Assembly: GCA_000165425.1 (NCBI GenBank)
Contig: CT868208.1
Location: 186,001-250,000, forward strand
DNA: 64,000 nt
Direction: 5' to 3'
DNA from: Paramecium tetraurelia
Taxonomy: Eukaryota
This document shows, in pieces, positions 1 through 13,268 of the stretch; the first letter of the stretch is position 1, and the number at the start of each line of letters is the position of its first letter. The position numbers and the translations under genes were made by a program. The notes beneath the pieces were generated by a model, which was not told where the DNA came from, ran no database searches, and saw only the letters and a program-made list of their open reading frames with translations.

Positions 1-3000
1 CAAAAAGTATTTTAACCAAAATTGATTAAACCAATTAAAGTTTTACAGGTAATACTCCTTAAGAATTCGAAATGGCTGTTTTTGAATGTCTAAATACACT
101 GGAGTAAGAATTACTCACATAAATTGTTTCGGCTGATTAAAGTAAGGCCCCTAAATAGATAAATAGCTTATAAGAAAAGTTCTTATTAAATCTTCCCCCA
201 GATTTGTAGGACAAATACAGAAGTCAAAATTTCACAGATATATATGCTTTTAAAGATTATCTCGTTTAAGAAAAGTAGACCAAAGGTATTGAAAAAATTT
301 TAGGATATATATTCGTAGACAAATTAAACTTTTATTTAAATTCCTATTATTTTGTGAATTCAGCAAAAAAGATCAAGGAAAATAAATCAGATTTGTAAAG
401 ATAGTTGCATGAACTTGAAAAGGACATCATGGATTCTCAGAAGGATTACTATTCTTTTATTGATATTCCATCAGTCAAATATTTTTATAAAAGTTTAAAG
501 TCAAAGCGTGTTCGAAATTTGAATGGACAATGCTTTTCTTTTAAGAAGAAGTTAACAGACTTTATAAAATCTGAAATCAATTCCTGTGAAGTACCAAAAA
601 AATTTAACATAGCATAATCTGAGAAGTGGAATGAAATTTATTTTACTTTATATTCAGAAATGTAAAGGAACACAACAATTGAGGAGGCTAATGTTGCATT
701 TAAGATAATTTAGAATATTTAATAATTAATACTATAATTTTTAAGATTTAGATGGAATTATCTCTTTTTATTTTGTGCATTAATTGTGGAAGCTAAACTA
801 TAATAAGACGAATTAGATTCGGTTTTAGATGTGGCTTATAATATGATGTAGCAGACTAACAAGGGCAATTTAAATAGAAGTTTTGATTAGATTTTAGCAG
901 AATTAAATGCAAAAGCATCTAAATAAATAACTTCAAATTATTTTGATAAAATTGGGTATAATATGGGCTACATTTCTTTATAAGTCCTTGAATCTCTGCT
1001 TCCTTTTATAAATAATAAACTAATTAAAGTTATGCTTCAAGTGAATGTACAAAGCAACTAAAAAATTAGGTTGATCAACGATTTGAAAACCTTCGAGTTT
1101 CATTTAATCCATGATTGCAGCCAAAATTTAAAGACATATTTAAAAATATTTGATAAATTAGTTGATTCAATCTTGGAAGGGGAAAAGGAAGAGAAAGACT
1201 AAAAATCTTTGTTCTTAAGATCTTATACAGTGTATTTCAATACAAAACTAAAAACTTTAATCGGGGAAAGATCTAATAAACAATTGGGTTCGTAGTTTTT
1301 TAACACTTATTTTTACAACATTTCAAAATTAAAATTAGATTATCAGAGAAAGACTTTAGGCCAATATCAAGAAATATTTTAAAGGGAAGAGAAAATTAGT
1401 TAAATTTGTGAATAATTTATTTTAAAGGAGGCGGAACGGTAATATCCAGCGGATATATGTAAAGATTTGATACCTGTTTATATCGATACTTTTTTTAAGG
1501 ATAATCCTTTTATAATTTTCTTGCCTGCCTTACTAAGAGGTTTAAGTTTTTTCTTTAGACCCCAAAAATATATTATTTTTGAAAAATTAGAAAGAGTTAA
1601 ATTTGCTGCAGTTGCTTTCAGAGATAAGGATTAGAATGAAATAAATAAATTTATAGAATTTATGAATGTTTAAAAAGATTTATATACTTTTGAATAGTAA
1701 TTTCAAATCGCTAAGAATATCTATAATTTTTATATCACAATACCTCAATTTGTTGGAGAATCTTCAGCTTGTAAACCAATTACAGATTCATTTCCATAAT
1801 TTAGTCAAATGAAGAGCATAAATGATTATAATTCTACAGCATATAATGCTATTTGTTTTTTTACTTCCAAGTTTTTTTGTCAAGACCCTAAGGCAGTAAT
1901 AAAAGGAGAAGATCAATTAAGAAATAGTGATATATTAAAGAAATTGTCAAGTTTAATGAGTGAAAAAAGTCAGTTTGAACCCATTTAATAGGACAATTTC
2001 TTAATCTAATTTATAGAATTAAAAAATTACAAAGCTTAATTAATAAAAGAAGTACACTAAAGTAATGATTAAAATTTTTAACATAAATGTATTGAAGTAT
2101 TTCAAAAATAGACTAGTAGATAAACAATTATGAGTGAGATTATAGAATATAAAAAATAGAATAAAATACCCCAGAATGAAATCGAATAGTATTATTGGGC
2201 AAAGAGTTTTTGGATACAAACTGGAAATCAGGAATTTCGATAGAATATTGACAACACAATAAAAAAAAAAGTAGAGGACTATTTTAAATATTTAATTAGT
2301 ATTCCAACACTATCTTAACTAAATGAAAAATTATCAAAAGATGTAAATACTTTGCAAGACCCTTACATTAAAGAATTGATTAAGAAATAATATCCAAAAT
2401 ATAAAGATGAATTCGAAAAAAATTTTAATAAAATAGTCTCACAATCTCCTGTAAGTAAATAACCCATCCTTTAGATGGGAGCAATCTAAAAAAAGTTATC
2501 TAATATTAGATAGGATTCAAAATTTAGGGAGTTCTCAACAGAAGATCAATCAGTTTTGACATTTATAAACGAATAATTTAGTCTTTACATGAAGCAACTC
2601 TTGGGAAAAGTCTTTTAAGTGGCCTTGACCCAAAAACCAGGATATGAATTCAAAGTATTTTAAAATAAGCCTATTTCATCAAATGATACCTTAATGATGA
2701 AATATAAATAAAATCAAGAATTGTAAGGAAAGTTCGGACCTCAAAAAAATTCATATCTTGACATAACCTTACTAACTGCCAATGAGAACAAGAATTAACT
2801 ATATTACGAGTTGTGTGACTATACACCTACCTAGAGGTAAATAGAATTTAGGAATTTTCTAATTGAAATAGAACCTCTTTAGGAGGAGAAGCTGAAAAAC
2901 AAAATCAGAAAAAATAAGTGGAAAGAAGAGCATCCTGAATTGGAGGAAGTACTAAAGAAGAGAATCAAAAGAGGAGCTGAATTATGGAATTAAGTTTAAG

Positions 3001-3344
3001 ATTTCCTCTGTAAAAGAGAGAACAATGAAAATGCAATGGATTCAGATGAAGAGTCAGATAAATATAAAGGTTAATAGTAATAGACAATTGATATTGTTGA
3101 AGATGATCAATTAGATTAAAAAATTCAAGATGTTCAGAGAAGTTTTGAAAGACAATTGTTGACTGGAAGACATTATATAAAGACAAGGTATTGATATATT
3201 GTAATGTTTAGATTAAATAACATGGATAATGATAACCCATTATTAACATAGAAAGAAATAACTGTGAAGACGGTTCAGTTTGTTTTGGAGTAGCATCCCT
3301 ATTTCAAAAAGAGTCAGATTTTATATAAATCGTACATTTTGTGA
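1..3344 (+). CDS. Large protein (5' end outside window) with C-terminal TAF4-like histone fold and conserved C-terminal motif
   Basis: Frame reads open under code 6 from nt 3, with one 24-nt intron (3188-3211). PILQMGAIQKKL...VLTFINEQFSLYMKQLLGKVFQVA resembles the TAF4 histone fold. The C-terminus EITVKTVQFVLEQHPYFKKSQILYKSYIL* resembles the TAF4 conserved C-terminal domain. Confidence 0.65.
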
Positions 3345-3716
3345 AGAGTATCTATTTTAAGATTATTATATAAAATTATAATTTGTAGAAACTAACTATT
3401 ATATAATTCTTAATTCATAAATAGAGTGCTATTTCTACTCCAAAATGTTAATTTAATGATTAATCTAAATCAAAAATTCATTCATCATTTTAATATTAAT
3501 TAAGATATCAGTTAGTCAATAATTAGTTATATATTTAAAATAGAATTCCGACCAAAATGATTTGAATATTGGAGATAATAATAAATTATTCAATGCCATG
3601 CATTCTTTTAGTTTATCATCAAAATATGGAAATATTAGTTGCTATTATTTGAAATTTAAGTATGCTTTCAATTTTTATTAAATATTTTTTATAACATAAA
3701 ATGCACTAGTATAATA

Positions 3717-5340
3717 ATGAAGAAGTAAATTTATAGAGAAATTCTTATGTAGTAATTTAATAATATGATGGATAGTAAATTTTACATTGAAGATGTCTTT
3801 GTTGAAACATAAAATGAAAAACTTGAAATTCCAAATGCAGATAAAAATAAAATCATGCATACACTTGTATTGTATTTTGTATATATAAAAAGGAAGAAAA
3901 TTTAAAATAGAAGAATGATTTTTTAAATTCAGAAGATTATAATAATTTCTAACAACTACTTGTGATTTCATTAATTACAATCAACTTCTCTAATGATGAT
4001 CCCTTTTTTAGACATATCACAATGGTGGTTAAGGCCATTAGAAAGGCCATCAAAAAAAGACTCACTCAAGAGATTATTGACTTACAAACCAAGCAGGAAT
4101 TTAAAGTATGTAGATATTTTTAATTGTAGATTTAATAGTCTTCTCTCTTCAGAATCTATTATCAAGATATTAACATAGGATTTATAACATCTACTTAACA
4201 AATTAAGTCCACAGCATTCATTTTCGTCAATAAAAATATTTTTAATGAATTCGTGAACAAGAGAATGTCAATTGAACAAAAGGACTAGTAAGTGAGATTG
4301 ACGCTCTACTTTTTCGATATCAATATTTAGAAAGAATAATAAATTCAGCAGGATTTTAAAAATCAGTTCTTGCGGAATAATAAGTTCAAAAATGAGTTTA
4401 TTGTATTGAATGAGGAAATTGATCAATAGAAATAAACTACAACATATCATGTCTATAAGCCTATGGATGATTAAATTTATTTTGTTAAAAGAGTAAAAAA
4501 CAACCTAATTCTAGATTTAATTGTTTAATATACCTTTGGATGTTACATTTCAAGATATATTTAACACAAAAAGTTCAATCTAAGATTTCTTCAAAATTTA
4601 AGAAGCACGTACACTTTAACGTATTTCGCATCCAAACATTATCAGACTCTATGAATGGTGGTTGGAAATAAGAAATTACTAATTGTTTCTGTACACTCAG
4701 ATAGAATATTGTATTTATCCAGGATATATCTCGTAATCTAAAAATCTATTGAGTTACTCATATTTTTATATGAACCCCATGCCTTAGGAATAAAAGAGCA
4801 AACTCATAAATGAGATTCTCTGTTAGATTATAAGTGGACTGGAGTGCTTGCAAAAAAAGCAAATCGTCCATGGGGATTTGAAACCTGAAAGTATCATGGT
4901 TACTAAAAGTATCACCGGAGACATATAGGTAATGAATCCATATAACGAAGGTTATGTTAGCAGATTTGAATCATTCATATTCGTGTTATTAGGATTTGCA
5001 AAAGCTTCAAACCAAGGATTATATGGAATACAAATAACAATGTTTGTATGCCCTTGGTGTATTACTGATGCATCTGATCCTCACTTTCCCTGGAGAACCA
5101 ACACTCAGAAATAACTATGTTACAAAATTTCAGAATTATGATATTGATGATTCTCTCAGTGAATTTGATAAATGGGCTTAAAAGTCAGTCAAGAATAAGC
5201 ATAAGGAGTTTTCATTCTTTTTATATAAACGTTATATGGAATTAGCAAAATCTTTATTAAAGAAATAATAATTTCATGAATTACATGAAGTAAGAACTTT
5301 TATTTAAAATAATAAATAATTTGATCATCTATTAGTTTGA
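3717..5340 (+). CDS. eIF2-alpha-kinase-like protein kinase domain, probably a pseudokinase
   Basis: After splicing ~3 tiny introns: YFVKRI, EARTLQRISHPNIIRLYEWWLE, LYTQIEYC, HGDLKPESI, ADLNH at the DFG position, LYALGVLL. TGA at 5338-5340. Confidence 0.7.
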
Positions 5341-5763
5341 TTTATTTTATAGTTTTTTTATAAAAAATCAATCAATTATCATGTATAGAGAAAGTCTCAT
5401 AAAATAATTATTCACTCTAATTGCTACTTTATTATTATGCCTAAATAAATTAGATTTTACAAGCACATAATTATATTTAAAATTAACCTAACATTCTAAG
5501 TAGGATATGAAAGGGCTAAATTTAAAAATTTATTGAACAATTAAATACAACATAGAAGACATTATATTTGAAATCGATGTAAATTTAAAAGGTAGGACAA
5601 TTAATATTTCAACATTATTAATAACAATTATGTTCTCAACTTAATTAGATTTAAAACCAAATGTCTTGAGCTTAGAAAAATCACAAAGATTAATGGATTT
5701 ATTATGATTCTTGATAAAGTAAATAAATAAAGCTTAGAAAAAACTATAGATACATAAATATTT

Positions 5764-8151
5764 TCATCTTTTTTTAGATTTTCCTTTTTTCTTTGTTTAT
5801 TTTTTCTTTTTAGGATGATTTTTGGTTTAGTGATGTTTTTTGTCTCCTGAGGAATCATGTTCTTAATCAGATTCATTAATAACCTTTAAATCACTCTTAT
5901 GGTTGCTTGATATTAATTTTTCAATATTTCTCTGTTATTATTTTTTAGCAGAATCTTCTAAATTGATTAGTTCTTCTTGATTTTCTTTATCAATTAAATT
6001 TTGTAAGTCATCGTCATTAAATAACTTTTTCATGACCTCCTATTTAAATTTATCCTTCTCCTCTTAACTACATAAAATAAAATTTATAATACTGTTTTTA
6101 TAATTCTTAATCAAACAGCTAGCCAAAAAGCTTCATTTTCATTTCATCATAAGGAGTTGTGTTAGTTGCTTAATCGAAATGATTTTGGTCCTACTTTTTA
6201 TTGGAGTACTACTTTAAATCTACTTTAAATGAACATTGGTTAGAAATATTCATATCGTTTTCTTGATTTGAGTTTAACTAAACAAGGTGACATTTAGACT
6301 ACTATTTGCTTTCATCAGTTTATTCATCAATTTATTCTAAATCCAGCTACCTTAATCCATTCATTAAGTCCTCTTGTTCTTCATAACAATTAAAATGTTA
6401 TTCAATAATAGAATGAATATCTTATTTTTCTTCTTATATTTATGATAACCTCTATGACTCTACTAATGGTCGTTCATCAATTATAGCATCTTAGTTTTAG
6501 TTTGATTATTCTTCATATCTATAAGATTTTCGTTATGGTACTTCTTCTAAGAAATTACTGACAGGAGGTGGTTGATGGACTCCTTTGTTTTCTAAAATGT
6601 CTAGAGATGGTTAACGTGATTTATCAGACTATATTTTATCTAGAGATTTTTATAGTCTTGAATCACTCTCGAAAATTGGAGGATAAAATAATTCATCATT
6701 TAATCCACTAAATTATTTTAATTTTGCTTGTTATTGTTTAACAGTTGAAATTAAATCTTTGACAAAAGAATCTTGTATAGTTTATTAAAAAAGCATGTGT
6801 TAGGTTGTGTTTTAAACCAACATCTTTGCTCTTCTAATTATGTCCTTAGCATTTCTCTTGGGTATCTTCTTTGATTTTGAATCATTTGCTACTTGCTATG
6901 ACTAATTAATTTAAAGCCTTTAATTGTAAGAGATGGTTGAATCATAGATTTTTGATTTAAGTAAATTTACATTAACACTTAAAGCTCCATAATGTAATAC
7001 CTTAAGCGTTTCTTCAATGTCATCACTAGTCAATCTAACATTTACGATCATCAAGATTCTGTTTTCTTCTGTAAAGTATTCACACAACAATCTAGTTAAT
7101 TTACATTCTCTGAATGGTATACGACTATTTTAATCAGACTCATTTTGGCATCTCATTTATTTAAGACATTTTCCAAGAACTAACAATGATTTATTTATAT
7201 TGCATGCTTCTGTAAGTTGAGATCCTTGTGTTTCAGCTCTTTTTGCTCTTTCTGATCCAGCTAGATCAACAATACATATAGTTTGTTTCTTTAAAATTGT
7301 AAATTGTTCTTATTAATACAGAAATGAGACTTGTATTTTAAAGATTGTGTGTGATCGACTTGATTGATTATTTAATGTGGTTTCCCCCATTTATCTATTT
7401 GTTAAGGCTTTTTGAAGCAAATCTTTGAATTATTGGTTATTATTTATTTCCTTTTCGACTGCATCCTTCACATAGCATTTCTTATCGTAGATTTCTTTTA
7501 TCTATAACTTGCTTTTATTGCTAGCTAATAGATCATATATTTCTTCATTGTAGATTTCAAATGATTAAAATGTGTAATTGACTTCTTTCAAGACATAGTC
7601 ATCATAAGGAGATTCTCCAATTTTTATGACTTGTCCATCGATTTCAATAGTGGTTTTATTTAGTAGAAATGCTGTTTTAATTCTATCTAGAGTTTATAAT
7701 GTGAGCGGTAAAATTCCTGGTGCTTCTTAAGTACCGATTATAGTGTATGTTTTACCTGAGTTTGTTACACCATACGTAAAAACCAGTCCTCCCTTTTCTA
7801 TAAAGTATGTGTATTATTTGTACATTTTTCAAAAATATCCTTAATCATTGGAATAACATATTCTTGATGTAAATTTCTTTATGTGGAATTCTAATCGTAA
7901 ATTTAAGAGAAAGCAAATGTTTTTTAGTTGGAAATTTCATTTTCATTGTTGGTTTCATAAATATCGAGTTTTTTGTCTGTAATAATATAATTTACTAAAA
8001 TGAACTCACAATTATTACCATAATTTTCACCCACAAATTTAGGACGAATTCTACAAATTACTTCAATACCATTCTAAGGTTCATTCTAATCTAACACACT
8101 CAAAGTTTCAACAGTTGGCAATTCTATTGCTGGTTTTTTCTTGATTTCCAT
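5764..8151 (-). CDS. Kinesin motor protein, kinesin-6 (KIF20/KIF23)-like
   Basis: VICRIRP, FTYGVTNSGKTYT (P-loop of kinesin-6 type), SSRSHTIF, IVDLAGSER, NINKSLLVLGKC, IPFRECKLT; Gln-rich tail with basic C-terminus. Confidence 0.88.
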
Positions 8152-8184
8152 TTAATAACTTTGAATTCAAATTATAAAAATTAA

Positions 8185-8540
8185 ATGAATAATAGGAGTT
8201 ATTATTCAGTTGATGAAATAATTGAAGAGAACTCATAAAAGTCTTCATATATAATTGAAGAGTTAAATTTAATGAGAGAAAACCTTAATTATGAAATAGA
8301 TTAAATGACCAATCTAATTGAGATAGAGTATTGGTTAAATTAATATTAAGATCAAAGATATCTATAAAAATGTTAGCTTTAAAAGTATCTTCTCGTTATG
8401 TCAATCCTTTCTCTTATGAATCTATGGTATGTATTAGCTAATACCCAGCTGACATTGTATTTTTTTTTATTATTGCTTAATAGAATTTAAACAAAAAGAT
8501 TGAGAATGTTCATTATTCAACTACTTGTAATAAGAAATGA
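8185..8540 (+). CDS. Small hypothetical protein with one hydrophobic segment
   Basis: MNNRSYYSVDEIIEE...LLVMSILSLMNLWYVLA, one GT..AG intron near 8458-8484, TGA at 8538-8540. Confidence 0.5.
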
Positions 8541-9023
8541 ATCAATAATAATGTAAATTTTGAGATGGTTCATGAAGAATTAAAGTCATTTATATCGATA
8601 ATTGTTATAATCAGATATACATTTACACACTTGGAAATAATCCATAGTATGGTATCATTCAATTTTAAAATTATCTTTCTTGTGCTTTTAAATAAAGAGG
8701 GAAAGTAAGTGTAAACACTTCCTAAAAAAAGATAATTGTTCTAGTTATTATCATATATTCTTTCCTGATTGATTTTCGTATTCTAAGAAATTCTAGTAAA
8801 TTTAGTGTATGCAGTTTAAATTTTAATGCAACTCTTTGCTCGATTCTCTGTTTATTATATGATCCTTTTTTATCCCTTTTGGAATGTTAGTAATAGACAG
8901 AATACGAACCATTAATTCAACGGCTTTTATTTAGGGCGTATTTATTTGGATAGTGTATGAAGTTTCTGTGTTCTTTAAATAAGTTGTTTAGACTTTGAAA
9001 ATTATATAAAAATATATTTATAT

Positions 9024-9614
9024 ATGTTAGATTATCCACAATTTAAATTGCCTGAATTTGTAAAGTTATGTTTCCATAATTAGCTATTAGATAAAACCTA
9101 TTTAGAAGATGTTATTTGCACAGCTCTTAATTTAATATTTTTTCATCGTGCACTTGGCCCAGTCAAATTGAATCATATGAGATGTGAACGTTTGCCCAAA
9201 ATTACTCAAGTATTAGTGTTTTTATCTTTAGTTAAGATGTGGGGAACCTTAAGTTGACAAAGACATCAAGAAATTAATTGATAATATCAATAATGATCCT
9301 AACATGATTAATTGCTCATCTCTTTAAATTTCTTTAAAATTTATGGAAGAACAACCAACAACACTCCTACAATTTTTTAAACCAAAACTTAAAGTATTTG
9401 AAGAGTGGTTACTTTTGTTTTAATTCGGTCTCTCTTCCATTGATAAAACTTAAGATGAATTCACGCAATTGCTGAACAAAATAATTGATATTGCAACTGC
9501 CAATTACGATCATTTTGATGAACAATTTGATTAATCCCAGCAAAAACCATTAAAATACCCGTATGAAGTATAATATAAGAATTATCATTTTAGTTAACTT
9601 TTAATTTCTAGTGA
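9024..9614 (+). CDS. ATG101: Autophagy protein Atg101-like (HORMA fold)
   Basis: EDVICTALNLIFFHRALGPV, QISLKFME...VFEEW and C-terminal YPYE match Atg101 hallmarks; 3 tiny introns. Confidence 0.7.
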
Positions 9615-10066
9615 TTAAATATATATATGCATTTTTCAATTATTGTTAACTATCTTTATTATATATTTAAAATAATCTACTTTGAATTTGCTTATAGTTT
9701 TGCATTGACAAATATATATTTCAAAAGACTGTCAAATGTTCATTTATGTCATTTGCAAATTTGATTTACCCTATAGGAGGTGGTTTAAAACAATATCCAA
9801 TAGAGATTTATTATACACTTCTACAAAATAAGAAATCAATTTTAAGAATGATAAATATTAATATTGTCAATTTAAACAAATATTTATATATACTGTGAAA
9901 GTGCATGATTATTTGAATGAAATATTATATATGAATAGCAATGCTATCAAGTGGCTGTGAATAAACTCTCAGTTTATTAGTCTAGAACTGGAAAATGGGT
10001 CACTTTTTAAAGGTTATATAAATTATAAGTAAATGTATATACCGTTTTTGTGTGATAATTAAATAA

Positions 10067-11472
10067 ATGAAGGTTTTTGCTATGATGGCATTATTGCTGG
10101 CAGCAGCATACTGTCAATCAAATGAGATTGATGTAGTATTAAAGATGCTAGGTGATTTAAAAAATGAGACAAGCAAACAATTATAATAATTGGAGAGCGA
10201 TTGGGAAACAACCAGATATGTAATTGATTATATATGACATTTGAACAGCAAAAACAAGACATCGTAAATGATTTAATGAGATCTGCATCAACATAAAGAG
10301 GTGAATGTAATAGAAGAGATCAAGAGTGGGCAAACAAAGAAAGAGACATTAGAATTACACTCAGCTATATCAATTGGTTAGAGAAAAGAATCAAAGAGAA
10401 TAATGAAAGACTCTCAAGATTAGATGTCAATAGATGTGAATCCAATGCTAATTTCATAAATGATATCAAAAATTCTAAGAAAACTCTAAATTTGATTGCC
10501 TTCCTCAGAAGAGCTGTAAAGAATGCAAAAGAAGTAATAGATAAAGCAATAACTAGACTGATTTGCCAACACTTTTGTAATCTGCTCAATTCATTTAACT
10601 CAAATCCTTTTTGGCTGAGGACGGTGAAGAACCAGAAGTGACATCCGAAGATAATGAGCCACCTCATGTATATGATGAACCAGAAGCTGTCGATAGCACA
10701 GAAGACGTTTCTGAAAATTAAGTAGATGCTGCTCCAGATGTTGAAACAACTGAAGAATCAGCTACTGAAGCAGAAGCTCCCACAGAGGAAGTAGAATAAC
10801 AAAGTTTAGGTGATGCTCATGAAGAACCAGATGCCCCTGTTCCTGAACATCCATTAGAAGCTGAAGAGAAAGCTACCAATGAATAATTAGCAAAGGAAGC
10901 TGCTGCATTCAACAAAATTATTGAAAAGGGATAAAAGGCTCCTGCTGAAGCTGGATCTGGAAAAGATTATTCATAATTCACAGTTGCTTAATAAGAATTG
11001 TTAAATTTCTTGGACATTTTAGAAGATTAAGTAAGAGGTTCATTTGGAAAGAAACAAGATGACCAAGTTAATTCAGCTATGGGTTACAGTGATTTCAAGG
11101 GATTGATTCAAAAGGAAAATGAAACATTCAAAGGACATTTAGTAGCTGAAGATGTTAATCTAGTAAAACTTTTAACATATTTAATTATAGGAAAAATTAT
11201 AAAATTAATTGATAACCATCTTATAGGCTACAGCTGCTTGCAAAGACAGATTAAAGAAAATCCAAAACTCTATTGATCTTGCTAATGAAGTATACTCTCT
11301 CATATATTATTCTTAGGACTTAGCTTCCTCAGAGGCTCACTTTAAGTCTGTAACTGAAACTCTCTAGGAAGAGCAAAATACCTTTGATGATGTTTACAGA
11401 ATTTATTCAAGTTAAGTTGGCTCTCAAAATACATCATACAAAAGAGATGTTTAAGCCAAAATTACCAACTGA
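10067..11472 (+). CDS. Trichocyst matrix protein (TMP/GRL-like) precursor
   Basis: Signal peptide MKVFAMMALLLAAAYC; coiled-coil halves with RCESNANFINDIK and LLNFLDILEDQV...SAMGYSDF...EN motifs separated by an acidic linker; 4 tiny introns. Confidence 0.75.
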
Positions 11473-11676
11473 TTATGTAGAATCATCCAAAAATTATAAT
11501 TATTATATAAATCTAAATCAATTATATCATTCTTAGGTTGTATTTATCTAATTAATGATTTTAAAGTTCAAGAAACGGTATTAAGTCCCTTATTTTATTT
11601 GAGTCAATTCAAGAATAATTGGAAATACTAAAAATAACTTATTTAGAATTAAAACTATAATTAAAATTTAACATTT

Positions 11677-12991
11677 ATGAACAAGAATCAAATTCAAAAT
11701 GCCAATATTCGCAAGCCATCAAACACATATTTAAAAACTGAATTCAATAATACTTCATAAATCAAAGATAATAGATTTACAACGGAACCATCTCCTAAAA
11801 AATGCAATAAAGAGAATATTGTTAAGGCCTCCTATCTCAAAGCCACTCTTTCTAATCATTTGATAAAACAAGATAGAAATATTACACCCAACTTACCCAA
11901 GAGCAGTGTGATTAGTTTGTTTTTAAAATAACAATAAGAGGAATAATAAGTTGAATCAAAGGGGAGTATTTGTTAGGCCCATAAAAAGAAGTATAAATAT
12001 GAAGTCAATGAGCAATTGATGTGCAGCAGATGTGTTGTTGATTATGCCATTCTATCTGGTTTGCCTATACGTTATTATGAAATTGAGAAAAAAATGCTGA
12101 CTTTTGGTTAAGAAGAAGATCACGATGAATTTTACCAATTTACCTAAAATACAACCAAAGAACTTTAATATATTTAGAATATATAGACACAGGCGAATGG
12201 AATAATCAAAAAAAAAGAACTCAAAGACTTTGTTCTAAAAGTTGGCGATGTTATCAGTTAGAACATGTAATTTCTCAAATTAATCCAACAACATCAAATT
12301 CAATTCGATAATCCTAAATAAAAAACACATAAAATATTGGAAGAACTCTAAATGCAGAGTAAATAAATCATTGATGACATTCTTGATAAATAAAAAGCAA
12401 AATCCTAAGGCTTACTTATAAATGATGCTCCTTAATAGATTAATTTAGCCAGCTTCAAATCGGTGGTTTCTTAATAGATCAACGATTTGTAGAATATTAA
12501 GAAGGACATCCTGGAAAATGTTGAAAACATCATAACCTAAATGGATGTAGCTCCATTTAAAATCATAATCAATAAATATAATGAAAAATTAAGATCATTT
12601 GAAAATACTCTCTTTGAAATTTAGGAATAATGTATATAGTATTGTTAACAGTAGACAAACAATTTCCTAAATAGAATGAAGATTAAGGGTACACAAAGAA
12701 AATGAGAGAGTTGAATTTTTAAAAGAAACTATAAAAGATATTTACGGAGTTGATGGAAAATCCTATTCAAAAATCGCTCTTATTAGCAGATTAGAGTAAA
12801 AATTACACTAAATTTAATAGTAAATAACAATACGAAATTTATCTAGTTATTATAAAAAGTGAATACAAATTAAAACACAAACACAATATTCTATCAATCT
12901 ATTCTTAAAGTATTAATTATATTTAAAATAGGATATTAACTCAGATGAAAAACCGAAGTAAATCAGGCCTAAGCTAAGATAACAAGAATGA
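11677..12991 (+). CDS. Hypothetical protein with B-box-like zinc motif and coiled coil
   Basis: CQAHKKKYKY...MCSRCVVDY followed by Gln/Lys-rich heptads; needs ~3 introns near the 3' end. Confidence 0.6.
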
Positions 12992-13268
12992 ACTTAGATT
13001 ATTTTTTATTTTATCAACTTATATAAGACTTAGTACAATATTATTAATAATAATTATTTTGAATGATTTTTCATTTTTATAATTTTATTATAGATGAAAC
13101 AATCAAAAGTCTATTAGATATAAATAGATTTAAATAATATTCATATGCATACTGGAATTATCGCTTTTTTATTTTTCGTTAACATTTAAATAATTTATTT
13201 TAGGTAATTATTAAGTTTTATGTGCTGAATGGATGACATAGAGAAATAAAGACTTATTTATATATTTA

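Noticed and set aside
9931..10020. MNSNAIKWL*INSQFISLELENGSLFKGYI, resembling an Sm/LSm or MORN fragment
   Set aside because: Only ~30 codons with an internal TGA; similarity is too weak to call.
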